A stretch of DNA of 61,078 bases from Minisyncoccota bacterium. Lineage in GTDB: Bacteria; Patescibacteriota; Minisyncoccia; Phycocordibacterales; DATDSR01. The notes under the pieces are model-generated. The model saw nothing but the letters and a program-made list of their open reading frames with translations, searched no databases and had not been told where the DNA came from. Position numbers and translations under genes: made by a program. The stretch lies in assembly GCA_036517655.1 (NCBI GenBank), contig DATDVE010000019.1, positions 1-61,078 on the forward strand, read 5' to 3'. Shown piece by piece: positions 43,316 to 51,440 of the stretch. Each line of letters begins with the position of its first letter. Within the stretch, counting starts at the first letter, position 1.

Positions 43316-44455
43316 CTAGCGTAATTCTGCCTTATACACTTCTTTAGTTTGGTCGTAGACTTTCTTCTGTAGTGCATCTACTTCTTCGTTTGTTAGCGTG
43401 CGATCGAGACTGCGGTAAGTTATGCGATATGTGTAGCTTATTTTGCCTTCGCCAAACTTTTGCGCGTTCTCATACTTATCTATCAGCTCTACTTGCTCTA
43501 TAAGATCGCCGCCGATGTCTCTGATCAGGTCAAAGTAATTGTTGGGCACGAAGTCGCTACTTACGACAAACGAGATGTCGCGCACTACGGCTGGGAATTT
43601 AGAAACTTCTTGATACTTTTGCCCAAGTTCAAGTTGCTTTTTAACTCGCGGATCTTCTGACCAAAGTAATCTTACGTCTGGTAACTCCATACTCATCATG
43701 GCGAACCTCTCAAGGCCAGGGCCCATAGCCCAGCCATTCCACTTATCGCCGTCAACTCCCAGAAGTTTGAGAACACTACCCTTCACAACGCCTGCGCCAC
43801 ATAGTTCGATCCACTGACCGTTAACTTCGACCTCCATGTCGATTGAGGGGTCCGTGTACGGGAAGCTATCTTCGTTGAATCGATATTTAACATCCGGCCC
43901 AATAACTGCCTTGGCCACATTGGCAAGTGCTCTCTCAAGATCTTGCTTACCTAGAACTTCTTTATCTTTGGGCGAAAGATACCATGCGTCTATCTGATGG
44001 AAGACGTTCATGTGCTTCCGGTCAATTTCATCTTTGCGATAAACTTTTCCGTACGAGAAGCAGCCCACAGATTCTCCCTTCTCCATCCTTGCTTTGACGT
44101 CAGGATCGAGCAGATAGTAGTACCACATAATAGTAGTGTGGGTGCGCAGTATGTGATTGTCGTCTACATAATAAGTATCAGATTTAGAACGCGCCGGATG
44201 ATCCTTGGCAAAACCAAAGAGATCAAATGTTATCTCTGTTGATACAACTTCAGAAGTCTCGATGTCGTCAAAATTCTTGTAATCTGGTATACCAAGAATC
44301 CTATCTACAATATCTTTCAGCGGCGAGCCTGGGGTACGAGAGAGATCTGGCATAGCCATGTAGCGACGTATGCGCACAGCTTCCGAATCTGTACGCTCTG
44401 CAAGATTCTCTAGTGGTTCACGTGTATCTTCCTTTGCATCAATGTTTCGTCTCAT
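43316..44455 (-). CDS. pheS: Phenylalanyl-tRNA synthetase, mitochondrial-type monomeric form (PheS core plus FDX-ACB domain)
   Basis: Class II core: DHPARSKSDTYYV..ILRTHTT, VYRKDEIDRKHMNVFHQID, GWAMGPGLERFAMM. The C-terminal SKFPAVVRDISFVV...DLIRDIGGDLIEQVELIDKY...YTYRITYRSLDRTLTNEEV is an FDX-ACB domain. It is colinear with human FARS2 as I recall it. Confidence 0.85.
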   Translation of the reverse strand: MRRNIDAKEDTREPLENLAERTDSEAVRIRRYMAMPDLSRTPGSPLKDIVDRILGIPDYKNFDDIETSEVVSTEITFDLFGFAKDHPARSKSDTYYVDDNHILRTHTTIMWYYYLLDPDVKARMEKGESVGCFSYGKVYRKDEIDRKHMNVFHQIDAWYLSPKDKEVLGKQDLERALANVAKAVIGPDVKYRFNEDSFPYTDPSIDMEVEVNGQWIELCGAGVVKGSVLKLLGVDGDKWNGWAMGPGLERFAMMSMELPDVRLLWSEDPRVKKQLELGQKYQEVSKFPAVVRDISFVVSSDFVPNNYFDLIRDIGGDLIEQVELIDKYENAQKFGEGKISYTYRITYRSLDRTLTNEEVDALQKKVYDQTKEVYKAELR

Positions 44456-44614
44456 ATGTCTTTAATTATAGTCTATAAATGGCAAACCCGCCGGGTGGCG
44501 GGAGTTCGTGCATAAACAATGAACCACCCGCTACGCCGGCTCCATAAAGCTAAACTGGAAGCTAAAGAAAAAAGCGTGATTGGTCATACCAAAAGATTAG
44601 CGCATTGAAGAAAT

Positions 44615-44659
44615 AAAGCAAGCAAGAATTGCGAAGGCCCGGGGTTGTTCTCCCGGGCC
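44615..44659 (-). terminator. Hairpin after 44673..45008
   Basis: GGCCCGGG (44636-44643) pairs with CCCGGGCC (44652-44659). On the minus strand it is followed by CTTCGCAATTCTTGCTTGCTT. Confidence 0.5.
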
Positions 44660-44672
44660 CACTCCCCACTCA

Positions 44673-45008
44673 TCACTTGCGCTTTGATCCGGCCCACTCA
44701 TGGATCCTTCTTACAAGATCTGCTGTCGACATCCCGGAGAGCCCCGCGAGACGTAGAGCGTTGACCACTTGCTTGGCCGCGATCTCCTTCAGTGCATCTT
44801 CATCAAGAGGTTCACCGTGATCTGCTCTTTCGAAGAGCTCTGCTGTCTTGCCCAAGGACTTGGCGATGTGTAGGACGACATGGGCGATCTGGTTGTCTTC
44901 AGGAACGGTCCCGCCTCTGCGCTTGGCAATGCCTGGATAGTCCTCTTTCTCGAACTCCCAGCTCTCACGAACGATATCCATGATTCCCTGAAATGTGGTT
45001 CCTGTCAT
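44673..45008 (-). CDS. Hypothetical 111-aa all-alpha protein, weakly MazG-like (GC-rich island H)
   Basis: ATG 45008 lies 4 nt after GGGAGG. Helical pattern is ..HVVLHIAKSLGKTAELFER..ALKEIAAKQVVNALRLAGLSGMS. No clear EExxE metal motif, so the family call is tentative. Confidence 0.4.
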   Translation of the reverse strand: MTGTTFQGIMDIVRESWEFEKEDYPGIAKRRGGTVPEDNQIAHVVLHIAKSLGKTAELFERADHGEPLDEDALKEIAAKQVVNALRLAGLSGMSTADLVRRIHEWAGSKRK

Positions 45009-45163
45009 TGGACCTCCCTTTGTCCCACGAGAAGGGCGTGGGCTTGTCGCAGTTGAGGCACTTCGCCTTTTCGGGCTCGAGCGCTCTGCACGATGGCGTG
45101 TGGTAACCAAGGTACCAGCAATAGATCCGCCAAGGATAAAGGGGCAACCTCAGCCTGATCCAC
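45005..45163 (-). CDS. Possible 52-aa ORF coupled to the downstream gene
   Basis: GTG 45163. The stop TGA overlaps ATG 45008 (ATGA). A competing frame (ORF 44965..45204) cannot be excluded. Confidence 0.2.
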   Translation of the reverse strand: MDQAEVAPLSLADLLLVPWLPHAIVQSARARKGEVPQLRQAHALLVGQREVQ

Positions 45164-45200
45164 AAGTACCAGAGGAAATGGAGTCGAAACCCTCCTTTTC

Positions 45201-45422
45201 TCACTTACCCGCCACCAGTTCGAGCTTTTCGATTCGCTTCTTCAGGTCTAGATTTTCATAGACAAGCTGCGCGATGGCTTCGCTCATGGCGAAGTTTGGC
45301 GTGCCGACAGCATTCGGCGCGTTGCCGATCTTCTCCAGGCACGGCAGGAGCTTTTCGAGATAAGACAGCTCGGCACGTGGGACTATGTGTTTGAAGCCGC
45401 AAGTCTTGCAAATGGCGATCAT
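45201..45422 (-). CDS. Hypothetical 73-aa CxxC protein (island H)
   Basis: ATG 45422 lies 5 nt after GGAGGTGA. The sequence begins MIAICKTCGFKH.. and has a coiled-coil tail. Confidence 0.45.
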   Translation of the reverse strand: MIAICKTCGFKHIVPRAELSYLEKLLPCLEKIGNAPNAVGTPNFAMSEAIAQLVYENLDLKKRIEKLELVAGK

Positions 45423-45440
45423 CCTCTCACCTCCAGACAC

Positions 45441-45469
45441 ACCCTATCTCATTTGCCGACCTATGTCTA
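45441..45469 (-). promoter_or_regulatory. Weak sigma70-like promoter for the island H operon
   Basis: Minus strand reads TAGACA (45464-45469), 17 nt, TAGGGT (45441-45446). Confidence 0.3.
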
Positions 45470-45473
45470 GCTC

Positions 45474-45510
45474 TGTCCGAAAAGACAAACGATCGTGGGA
45501 TAAATCGGAC
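45474..45510. repeat. 37-bp inverted repeat, left arm (flanks the PaaX-like gene)
   Basis: TGTCCGAAAAGACAAACGATCGTGGGATAAATCGGAC. It is the reverse complement of 46113..46149 at 35/37 (first 25 nt perfect) and lies 18 nt past the stop codon. Confidence 0.85.
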
Positions 45511-45527
45511 AACAAAATAACAACTAT

Positions 45528-46112
45528 TCAGCCTGGGAGCTCGAAGCTTTCTCTTAAGTCTTGATCAAACTCTATTTCGTCTACTACAAAGTACCTTACC
45601 TCGCGCGACAGATGATATTTCCGTCGAATTAACTCTATCGCCTCTCGACATTCGTATGGGTATGCCCAAAGACTCTTTTGTATATTTGCGAATCCTAGCG
45701 AGACAAGGACAGAACGTAGCTCATCCCTAGCATCTCGTCTCTTCTCGGGAATATCGAAACTGACCATGTGCCACTTACCATCCCAACGCCCCGGTTTCTC
45801 AATTTTAAGTTCGCCAATACTTATTTTCTCTGCCAAATCTTCTCCCTTTTGAGTGAGATCGTAACCCCTCCTGTTATTCTTCAGAATTGATTTTAGCAAA
45901 CCCTTCCGAACCATATTTTCTAGGCGCTGTTTGAATTCGAAGTGTTTCTTTCGTAGTCTTCTGGGATTATCTTTAGTCCCATAGCCGCCTGTGTACAAAT
46001 CAAATGGCAACAGGATCCCTGTTGCCTCTATTTTAGTAAGGATTTCGCGTTCGAGCTTCCCCAGCTTCTGGTTCTTTCTATATTTCTCAATATCATCTCG
46101 CATTTTACCCAT
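45528..46112 (-). CDS. PaaX-like domain protein (winged helix plus Cas2-like fold)
   Basis: WDGKWHMVSFDIPEKRRDARDELRSVLVSLGFANIQKSLWAYPY matches the PaaX-family core. It has an N-terminal wHTH-like region. Confidence 0.6.
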   Translation of the reverse strand: MGKMRDDIEKYRKNQKLGKLEREILTKIEATGILLPFDLYTGGYGTKDNPRRLRKKHFEFKQRLENMVRKGLLKSILKNNRRGYDLTQKGEDLAEKISIGELKIEKPGRWDGKWHMVSFDIPEKRRDARDELRSVLVSLGFANIQKSLWAYPYECREAIELIRRKYHLSREVRYFVVDEIEFDQDLRESFELPG

Positions 46113-46149
46113 GTCCGAATTATGCCACGATCGTTTGTCTTTTCGGACA
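46113..46149. repeat. 37-bp inverted repeat, right arm
   Basis: GTCCGAATTATGCCACGATCGTTTGTCTTTTCGGACA. It starts at the nucleotide next to the ATG of 45528..46112. Confidence 0.85.
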
Positions 46150-46179
46150 AAGTTATTAACACCCTTAAAGTAAGGGGGC

Positions 46180-46719
46180 TTAGTTCAGAGTCTTTTCGCC
46201 TTCGTGCCACTCGGCTGGACAGAGTTTGCCGGTCTGTAGGGCCTTTACCACGCGCAGTGTTTCTTCTACGCTCCTTCCTACGTCGTTGTCAGAAATTGTG
46301 ATGTGGCGCACTACACCCTTGGGGTCAATGATGAAGGTGCCTCTGTAGGCTACTCCTTCGTCTGTTTTGTGCACTCCATAATTGTTTATCATGTCTCGGC
46401 GGAAGTCAGAGAGAAGGGGAAAATTTAGCTTGCCGCCAAAGTCTCTTTCGATCCAAGCTTTGTGAGATTCTTTAGAGTCTACCGATACTCCCACTATCTC
46501 ACAATTTGCTTTCTTAAACTCACCCGAGCGTTTAGAAAATTCTTTGATCTCTGTTGGACAGACGAAAGTGAAGTCGAGCGGGTAGAAGAATATTACTAAC
46601 CATTTGTTTTTGTAATCTTTTAGACTGTATCTTTTGTACTTGCCAGCAAGAACGCCATCAAGACTGAAGTCTGGGGCTTCTGATCCTACCGTTGGGATGA
46701 AACTTTGATAATCCATCAT
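46180..46719 (-). CDS. 2-Cys peroxiredoxin (AhpC/Prx family)
   Basis: FFYPLDFTFVCPTEI with a resolving-Cys region near the C-terminus (LCPAEW). Confidence 0.92.
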   Translation of the reverse strand: MMDYQSFIPTVGSEAPDFSLDGVLAGKYKRYSLKDYKNKWLVIFFYPLDFTFVCPTEIKEFSKRSGEFKKANCEIVGVSVDSKESHKAWIERDFGGKLNFPLLSDFRRDMINNYGVHKTDEGVAYRGTFIIDPKGVVRHITISDNDVGRSVEETLRVVKALQTGKLCPAEWHEGEKTLN

Positions 46720-46755
46720 GATAATTTCTAAGTTCTAATTACTAATTTTAGCGAG

Positions 46756-46828
46756 AGCCGCCTCCCAGACTCGAACTGGGGACCTTTGCTTTACAAAAGC
46801 ATTGCTCTACCAACTGAGCTAAGGCGGC
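46756..46828 (-). tRNA. tRNA-Thr (anticodon UGU), no encoded CCA
   Basis: Hand-folded cloverleaf: GCCGCCT/TA/GCTC-AGTTGGTA-GAGC/A/ATGCT-TTTGTAA-AGCAA/AGGTC/CCCAG-TTCGAGT-CTGGG/AGGCGGC/T. Confidence 0.9.
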
Positions 46829-46849
46829 AACAGCGCTATTATACTCTTT

Positions 46850-47257
46850 TTATTCGTCGATTCTACCGCTACCAGTATCTTGCGCATGGCTCTTAATATC
46901 CTTCAGGAACTGCGAACTATTTCCCCTATTGCTAGTGTCTATGGTCTGTTTCCCTTTGATCGTGTTTATGAGCCGCTGGAGATGCGATTCAGTACCGCGC
47001 GTCCAGGCTCGAAACCATGGCACAAAACGTCGCAAAGCTTCGTATGTGAACTTATAGAATGTCTCAGCCACTTTGTGTTGAGCATGCCCAAAGACACGCT
47101 CTACCCGCTCAAAAAATGACTCGGTAAGCGAATGTTCAGCATGGGCCGATACAGGCACTATATTGTTGAGAGTGTCACTACCCCTCGAGAGCACGAGCAC
47201 GGCCCCCCACGAGGCCAAGAGTGCTAGGATAAATAAGTACAATGCAACGCTAAGCAT
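46850..47257 (-). CDS. Hypothetical membrane-anchored protein
   Basis: 135-aa ORF with N-terminal TM MLSVALYLFILALLASWGAVLVL. Confidence 0.5.
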   Translation of the reverse strand: MLSVALYLFILALLASWGAVLVLSRGSDTLNNIVPVSAHAEHSLTESFFERVERVFGHAQHKVAETFYKFTYEALRRFVPWFRAWTRGTESHLQRLINTIKGKQTIDTSNRGNSSQFLKDIKSHAQDTGSGRIDE

Positions 47258-47265
47258 AATTTCTT

Positions 47266-47718
47266 TTACTTGGTAGAGAACCTAGAGAATTCGCCTATCT
47301 CAATCCTTTCTCCAAATTTCTGTATAGCCGCTTCTATAAGTTGCTTCACCGTCTTATCGCCATCCTTGACGAACGGTTGCTCCAGCAATGTCTCCACATT
47401 TTCTGGCGCCAGCGCAGATATATGCATGGCGATATCGTATGCGAGTGCCTGGAACTCGCTATTGCCAGCCACAAAATCTGTCTCGCTCTCAAGCTTAATC
47501 ATAGCCCCTATATTCTTATTGCTGTGGACGTAAGCAGCCACGGTGCCTGCGCCAAGCGTGCGGTCTGCCTTCTTGAGGGCTCCAGCTGCACCTTTACTCG
47601 TAAGGATCTCGCTCGCCTTGGCATGATCGCCCCCTGCCTCTTCAAGGGCAGCCTTACAGAGGGCTATAGAAACCCCCGTCTCCTCGCGTAATTGCTTTAT
47701 GTCCTGTGCTGTAACCAT
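47266..47718 (-). CDS. tsf: Elongation factor Ts, minimal 150-aa form
   Basis: UBA-like N-terminus IKQLREETGVSIALCKAALEEAGGDHAKASEIL, then VAAYVHSNKNIGAMIKLESETDFVAGN. Confidence 0.85.
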   Translation of the reverse strand: MVTAQDIKQLREETGVSIALCKAALEEAGGDHAKASEILTSKGAAGALKKADRTLGAGTVAAYVHSNKNIGAMIKLESETDFVAGNSEFQALAYDIAMHISALAPENVETLLEQPFVKDGDKTVKQLIEAAIQKFGERIEIGEFSRFSTK

Positions 47719-48395
47719 ACGCCTACAATCTCATCCATGATCAACTTTATACTTGCAACTGATTTATCATTTCCAACTATTGGATAATCAAGCACTGAAA
47801 TATCACAATCTGTGTTGGCAAGGCCGAGTAGCGGTATACCGAGTTTCTTAGCTTCTGTCACTGCAATACTCTCCTTGTCAGGATCTACAACGAATACCGC
47901 CCCTGGCAATTCGTGCATCTCTACTATACCGCTGAAGAAGCGCTTGAGATTACCCACCTCGTGAGCTATTCTGGCTCTCTCCTTCTTCGTATATTTGTTA
48001 AGTTCACCAGAATTAGATTTCGCTTCCCAGTCACCCAATCTTTCTACCCGCTTTCTAATCTCATCAAAATTTGTAAAAGTTCCCCCAATCCAACGTAGAG
48101 CCACATATGGTAGACCCGCTCGAATTGCCGCTTTCTCGATCACACTGCGAGCCTCGCTCTTGTTGCCCACAAGCAGCAACTTCTTGCCAGTTTCGCGCAA
48201 TTTCGCTAAAAATTCTTTAGCTTTGATTATCGAAGACTCGGTCTTCTCAAGATCTATAATCTCGATGTCGTTCTTAGTACCGAAAACGAATGGCTTGGTG
48301 GAAGGATGTCTCCGGGCACGCCGAGAACCATAATGAACCCCGGCCTCGGAGAGGCCTTGAACAAAGATATTGGGCTTTTTTGCAATTTCTGTCAC
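47697..48395 (-). CDS. rpsB: 30S ribosomal protein S2
   Basis: GVHYGSRRARRHPSTKPFVFG..IEIIDLEKT and LLVGNK are present. GTG start. Confidence 0.93.
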   Translation of the reverse strand: MTEIAKKPNIFVQGLSEAGVHYGSRRARRHPSTKPFVFGTKNDIEIIDLEKTESSIIKAKEFLAKLRETGKKLLLVGNKSEARSVIEKAAIRAGLPYVALRWIGGTFTNFDEIRKRVERLGDWEAKSNSGELNKYTKKERARIAHEVGNLKRFFSGIVEMHELPGAVFVVDPDKESIAVTEAKKLGIPLLGLANTDCDISVLDYPIVGNDKSVASIKLIMDEIVGVWLQHRT

Positions 48396-48413
48396 AGCCG
48401 GGGTATCCTATCA

Positions 48414-50291
48414 TCAAATCTCTATGACGTCTATACCCCCCGTTTCCGAATTCTTATTAGGCTCACCCTGACATGAGGAGTCTCGCGGGATATCTATGAT
48501 GTTATCCTTATCCGAATCCCAGCCTTTCCAGTCTACGAATCCATCATTGTCGTTATCAACGCCGTCATTACAGGCGGGGCACAATCCAGGTCCGTCGGCT
48601 GGACAATTACCCTGTATGACAGGATTAGTCTCGTTACTGTCCGCGCGATTGAAGCAACCAAGATCTGCCGGATAATCCGTCTTACCGTCGTTGTCGTTGT
48701 CTACACCATCATTACACGCTGGGCAAACTCCCGGGCCATCGGCGGGGCAGTTGGCTCCGGTTTCGGATTCGTTGTCGTCGCTTAACGAGCTACAGTCCTG
48801 ATCGTTGGGGGAATCGGTAAAGCCGTCGCCGTCGTTATCTACTCCATCGTTACATTGCGCACATATACCGGGGCCGGCGGCTGGACACCCGAGTGTCTGA
48901 TCACGCTCATCGTCATCGTCTGCGCTGTCGCACCCTGGATCATCCAGGTCAAGTTTACCGTCGTTGTCGTTGTCTAATCCATCAGAACACTGCGGCAAAA
49001 TAACAGGCGCATCGCCAAAATGGGCAGTGGCGGCTCTTGAAGTACTCATCTCGAGAGTACACACAGGATTAGTGCCCGTACAGGAACCTGTCCATTTTTG
49101 GAACACGGTATTGTTGCCGGGCAGTGCCGAAAGTTTAACTGACTCGTCATTTAGATAAGTCTCCGTGCAATCGGTACCGCAATTAATGCCGGGGCTAGCC
49201 GAGATAACACTTCCCTTATTGGGCTGACGCTCGAAAACTAAGCTAACTGTAAGCAATGCGTTGGCCTCGTTATTATCTTGAGGGTTATCAGAACAACCAC
49301 TATCGTTGAGCCAGTCGATCTTGCCGTCCCCGTCGTTATCGAGGCAGTCGTCGCAGGCAGGACCCGCAGCGGCAAGTTCACTTGTGCCATTTAGGCTCAA
49401 GCACTCCGGATCCTCGGGATAATCAAATTTATTATCTAAATCGTTATCGATATCATCATTGCAAGCGGGACATACACCTGGGCCATCCGTGGGACAGTTG
49501 GCTGTGCGGAAAGTGGCCTTAATCTCCTTATTAGTCGTGAGATTGATATTATTGCAGAAGCGCGAAGTTATGGTACCGCATTCATTGGCATTTGCCCCCG
49601 ACCAATTACTGAAGACATAGCCAGGACCCGCCGTGGCCACAAGATCGATAGTGGCATTCTGATCATACGGGAAAGAACAAGAACTTAGGGTGCACGTGTC
49701 ACTCTCGACATTAACTTTGGAGCCTCCACCACCGAATACCACTCCAGTTGTAATATTAACTTGCGAAACAGAGAACACGCCAGGCCCCTTCGAAGGATTC
49801 CAGCTCATCCAACCGAGAACTTGGTCAGACCACGAGTAGCCTGTGAATTTAGTACCGTCAAAACTTACTCCGTAATTTGCGTCAGACAAGTGCACCCAGC
49901 CTTCCCAACCTTGCGCACTACTGCCAGATAAAACTTTGGCCCAACCCGTAACTGTGTCATCAACTAACTTGGGGGCACATGGTGAAGTCGGGCAACCGGA
50001 TACATCACCTGCGTTAAAACTAATCCAGCCTAGGCCAGAGTTCCAGGCATAGCCAGACAGCGCACCGGTGTCCCTGTCTAAATTAACACCGTAATTTGCA
50101 CTAGAGCAGGAATTATTGTTTGAGCAATTGAAACTCACCCAGCCAACGTTTGCACTCCAAGCGTAACCCTCGACCCGGCTGGTCTCGGCATGAACAGGAA
50201 GTGCAAAGTTGAAAATGAAAAAAGCAAAAGTACAGGTCAAAATCCAAAATTTTGATTTTTTAACTGTAATTTTGATTTTTGAACTCTGCAT
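48414..50291 (-). CDS. Secreted Cys-rich repeat protein (GYAWS/GWISF repeats, InlB-B-like repeats, six C-x-DG-x-DND-x-DG metal-binding-type modules)
   Basis: Signal/TM at the N-terminus. GYAWSANVGWVSFN, GYAWNSGLGWISFN and GYSWSDQVLGWMSWN repeats are present. There are two G.V...P....C...C...Y......L.A.P..G..F..W.G.C modules and repeated CPADGPGVCPACNDGVDNDNDG..D units. Confidence 0.8.
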   Translation of the reverse strand: MQSSKIKITVKKSKFWILTCTFAFFIFNFALPVHAETSRVEGYAWSANVGWVSFNCSNNNSCSSANYGVNLDRDTGALSGYAWNSGLGWISFNAGDVSGCPTSPCAPKLVDDTVTGWAKVLSGSSAQGWEGWVHLSDANYGVSFDGTKFTGYSWSDQVLGWMSWNPSKGPGVFSVSQVNITTGVVFGGGGSKVNVESDTCTLSSCSFPYDQNATIDLVATAGPGYVFSNWSGANANECGTITSRFCNNINLTTNKEIKATFRTANCPTDGPGVCPACNDDIDNDLDNKFDYPEDPECLSLNGTSELAAAGPACDDCLDNDGDGKIDWLNDSGCSDNPQDNNEANALLTVSLVFERQPNKGSVISASPGINCGTDCTETYLNDESVKLSALPGNNTVFQKWTGSCTGTNPVCTLEMSTSRAATAHFGDAPVILPQCSDGLDNDNDGKLDLDDPGCDSADDDDERDQTLGCPAAGPGICAQCNDGVDNDGDGFTDSPNDQDCSSLSDDNESETGANCPADGPGVCPACNDGVDNDNDGKTDYPADLGCFNRADSNETNPVIQGNCPADGPGLCPACNDGVDNDNDGFVDWKGWDSDKDNIIDIPRDSSCQGEPNKNSETGGIDVIEI

Positions 50292-50297
50292 TTCGAT

Positions 50298-51167
50298 CTA
50301 TCGTATTGTATCACTTGCCTTCCCCAGTGTCTCGAGGATATCCCCAATATTGCCAGCCATAATACTCTCGATATTATGCCAGCTTTCTTTAATCCTGTGG
50401 TCCGTAATCCTGTCTTGGAGAATGTTGTACGTCCTGATTTTCTCTGACCTATCACCTGTGCCTATTTGATTTTTACGTGTGCTGGCCTCCTCTTTGGCCC
50501 GCTTTTCCTCTTCTAGCATTGCAAGTTTAGCCTCTAGGATGCTCATAGCCTTCTCGCGATTCTTAAGTTGCGACCGCTCACTTGAAGATCTGACCATGAT
50601 TCCTGATGGCTTGTGTTTGAGGATAACAGCAGTTTCGACTTTGTTCACATTCTGACCCCCAGCTCCGCCTGATCTGGTAAAAGAGAGCCCAAGGTCGGCT
50701 GGGTTAATCTTAATCTCTCCAGACTTGCGCACCGGCATCACCGCCACCGATGCCGTGCTCGTATGCACCCGCCCAGACTTCTCTGTCACTGGCACGCGCT
50801 GGATCCTGTGTACCCCCGACTCGTACTTTAAGCTCTCATAGGCACCCTTACCCTTAATTTCGTAAACCAACTCATCAAGTTCTACAACACTCCAATTCTG
50901 CTTACGCGCATAATTTGCATACATGTTGCCAAGTTCGCGGGCAAATAGAGTTGCCTCGTCGCCGCCCGCCCCAGCTCGTATTTCCAAAATTATTTCTTTA
51001 GTATTATCCGGTCCAGTTGGACCATTCTCATTTAAGCCGCCGTTTAGAATCTCCTCCATCTGCGTCCACATAAATTTAGCCGTTTCTGGATCAGACTTAA
51101 CAAGCGCCTCATATTGGAGCGCCAAATATTTGGTCCTAGGATTACTTTTGAATTCTTCGAGAGTCAT
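50298..51167 (-). CDS. prfA: Peptide chain release factor 1, N-terminally short (289 aa)
   Basis: RF1-type [14 protein letters not shown] (PxT), plus GGQ ([16 protein letters not shown]) and [10 protein letters not shown]. Confidence 0.88.
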   Translation of the reverse strand: MTLEEFKSNPRTKYLALQYEALVKSDPETAKFMWTQMEEILNGGLNENGPTGPDNTKEIILEIRAGAGGDEATLFARELGNMYANYARKQNWSVVELDELVYEIKGKGAYESLKYESGVHRIQRVPVTEKSGRVHTSTASVAVMPVRKSGEIKINPADLGLSFTRSGGAGGQNVNKVETAVILKHKPSGIMVRSSSERSQLKNREKAMSILEAKLAMLEEEKRAKEEASTRKNQIGTGDRSEKIRTYNILQDRITDHRIKESWHNIESIMAGNIGDILETLGKASDTIR

Positions 51168-51179
51168 CCCGTTGGAGCT

Positions 51180-51440
51180 CTAAAGAGCCTTCACACCCTT
51201 CTTCTTTTTGGGAGCTTTAGCTTTCTTGGGAGTGGTGCTTGCTTTAGAACTGCGGGTCTTGAATCTTTCCACGCGGCCAGCGGTATCTATTACTTTTTTA
51301 TCGCCAGTGAAGAAGGGGTGACAGGCACTGCAAATTTCTACCTTAATTTTCTCTTGCGTGCCACCCACGGTGAAACTGTTGCCGCAAGAGCAAGTTACAA
51401 GCGCATTTGTATAATAAGTTGGGTGTGTATCTTTCTTCAT
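51180..51440 (-). CDS. rpmE: 50S ribosomal protein L31
   Basis: [30 protein letters not shown]. Confidence 0.92.
   Translation of the reverse strand: MKKDTHPTYYTNALVTCSCGNSFTVGGTQEKIKVEICSACHPFFTGDKKVIDTAGRVERFKTRSSKASTTPKKAKAPKKKKGVKAL

Noticed and set aside
44965-45204. The 79-aa Trp/Arg/Tyr-rich ORF between the island H genes
   Set aside because: Its composition is atypical and it has no usable start near the AAGGAGG it contains. The alternative 52-aa frame is ATGA-coupled to the next gene. The region is left unresolved rather than called.
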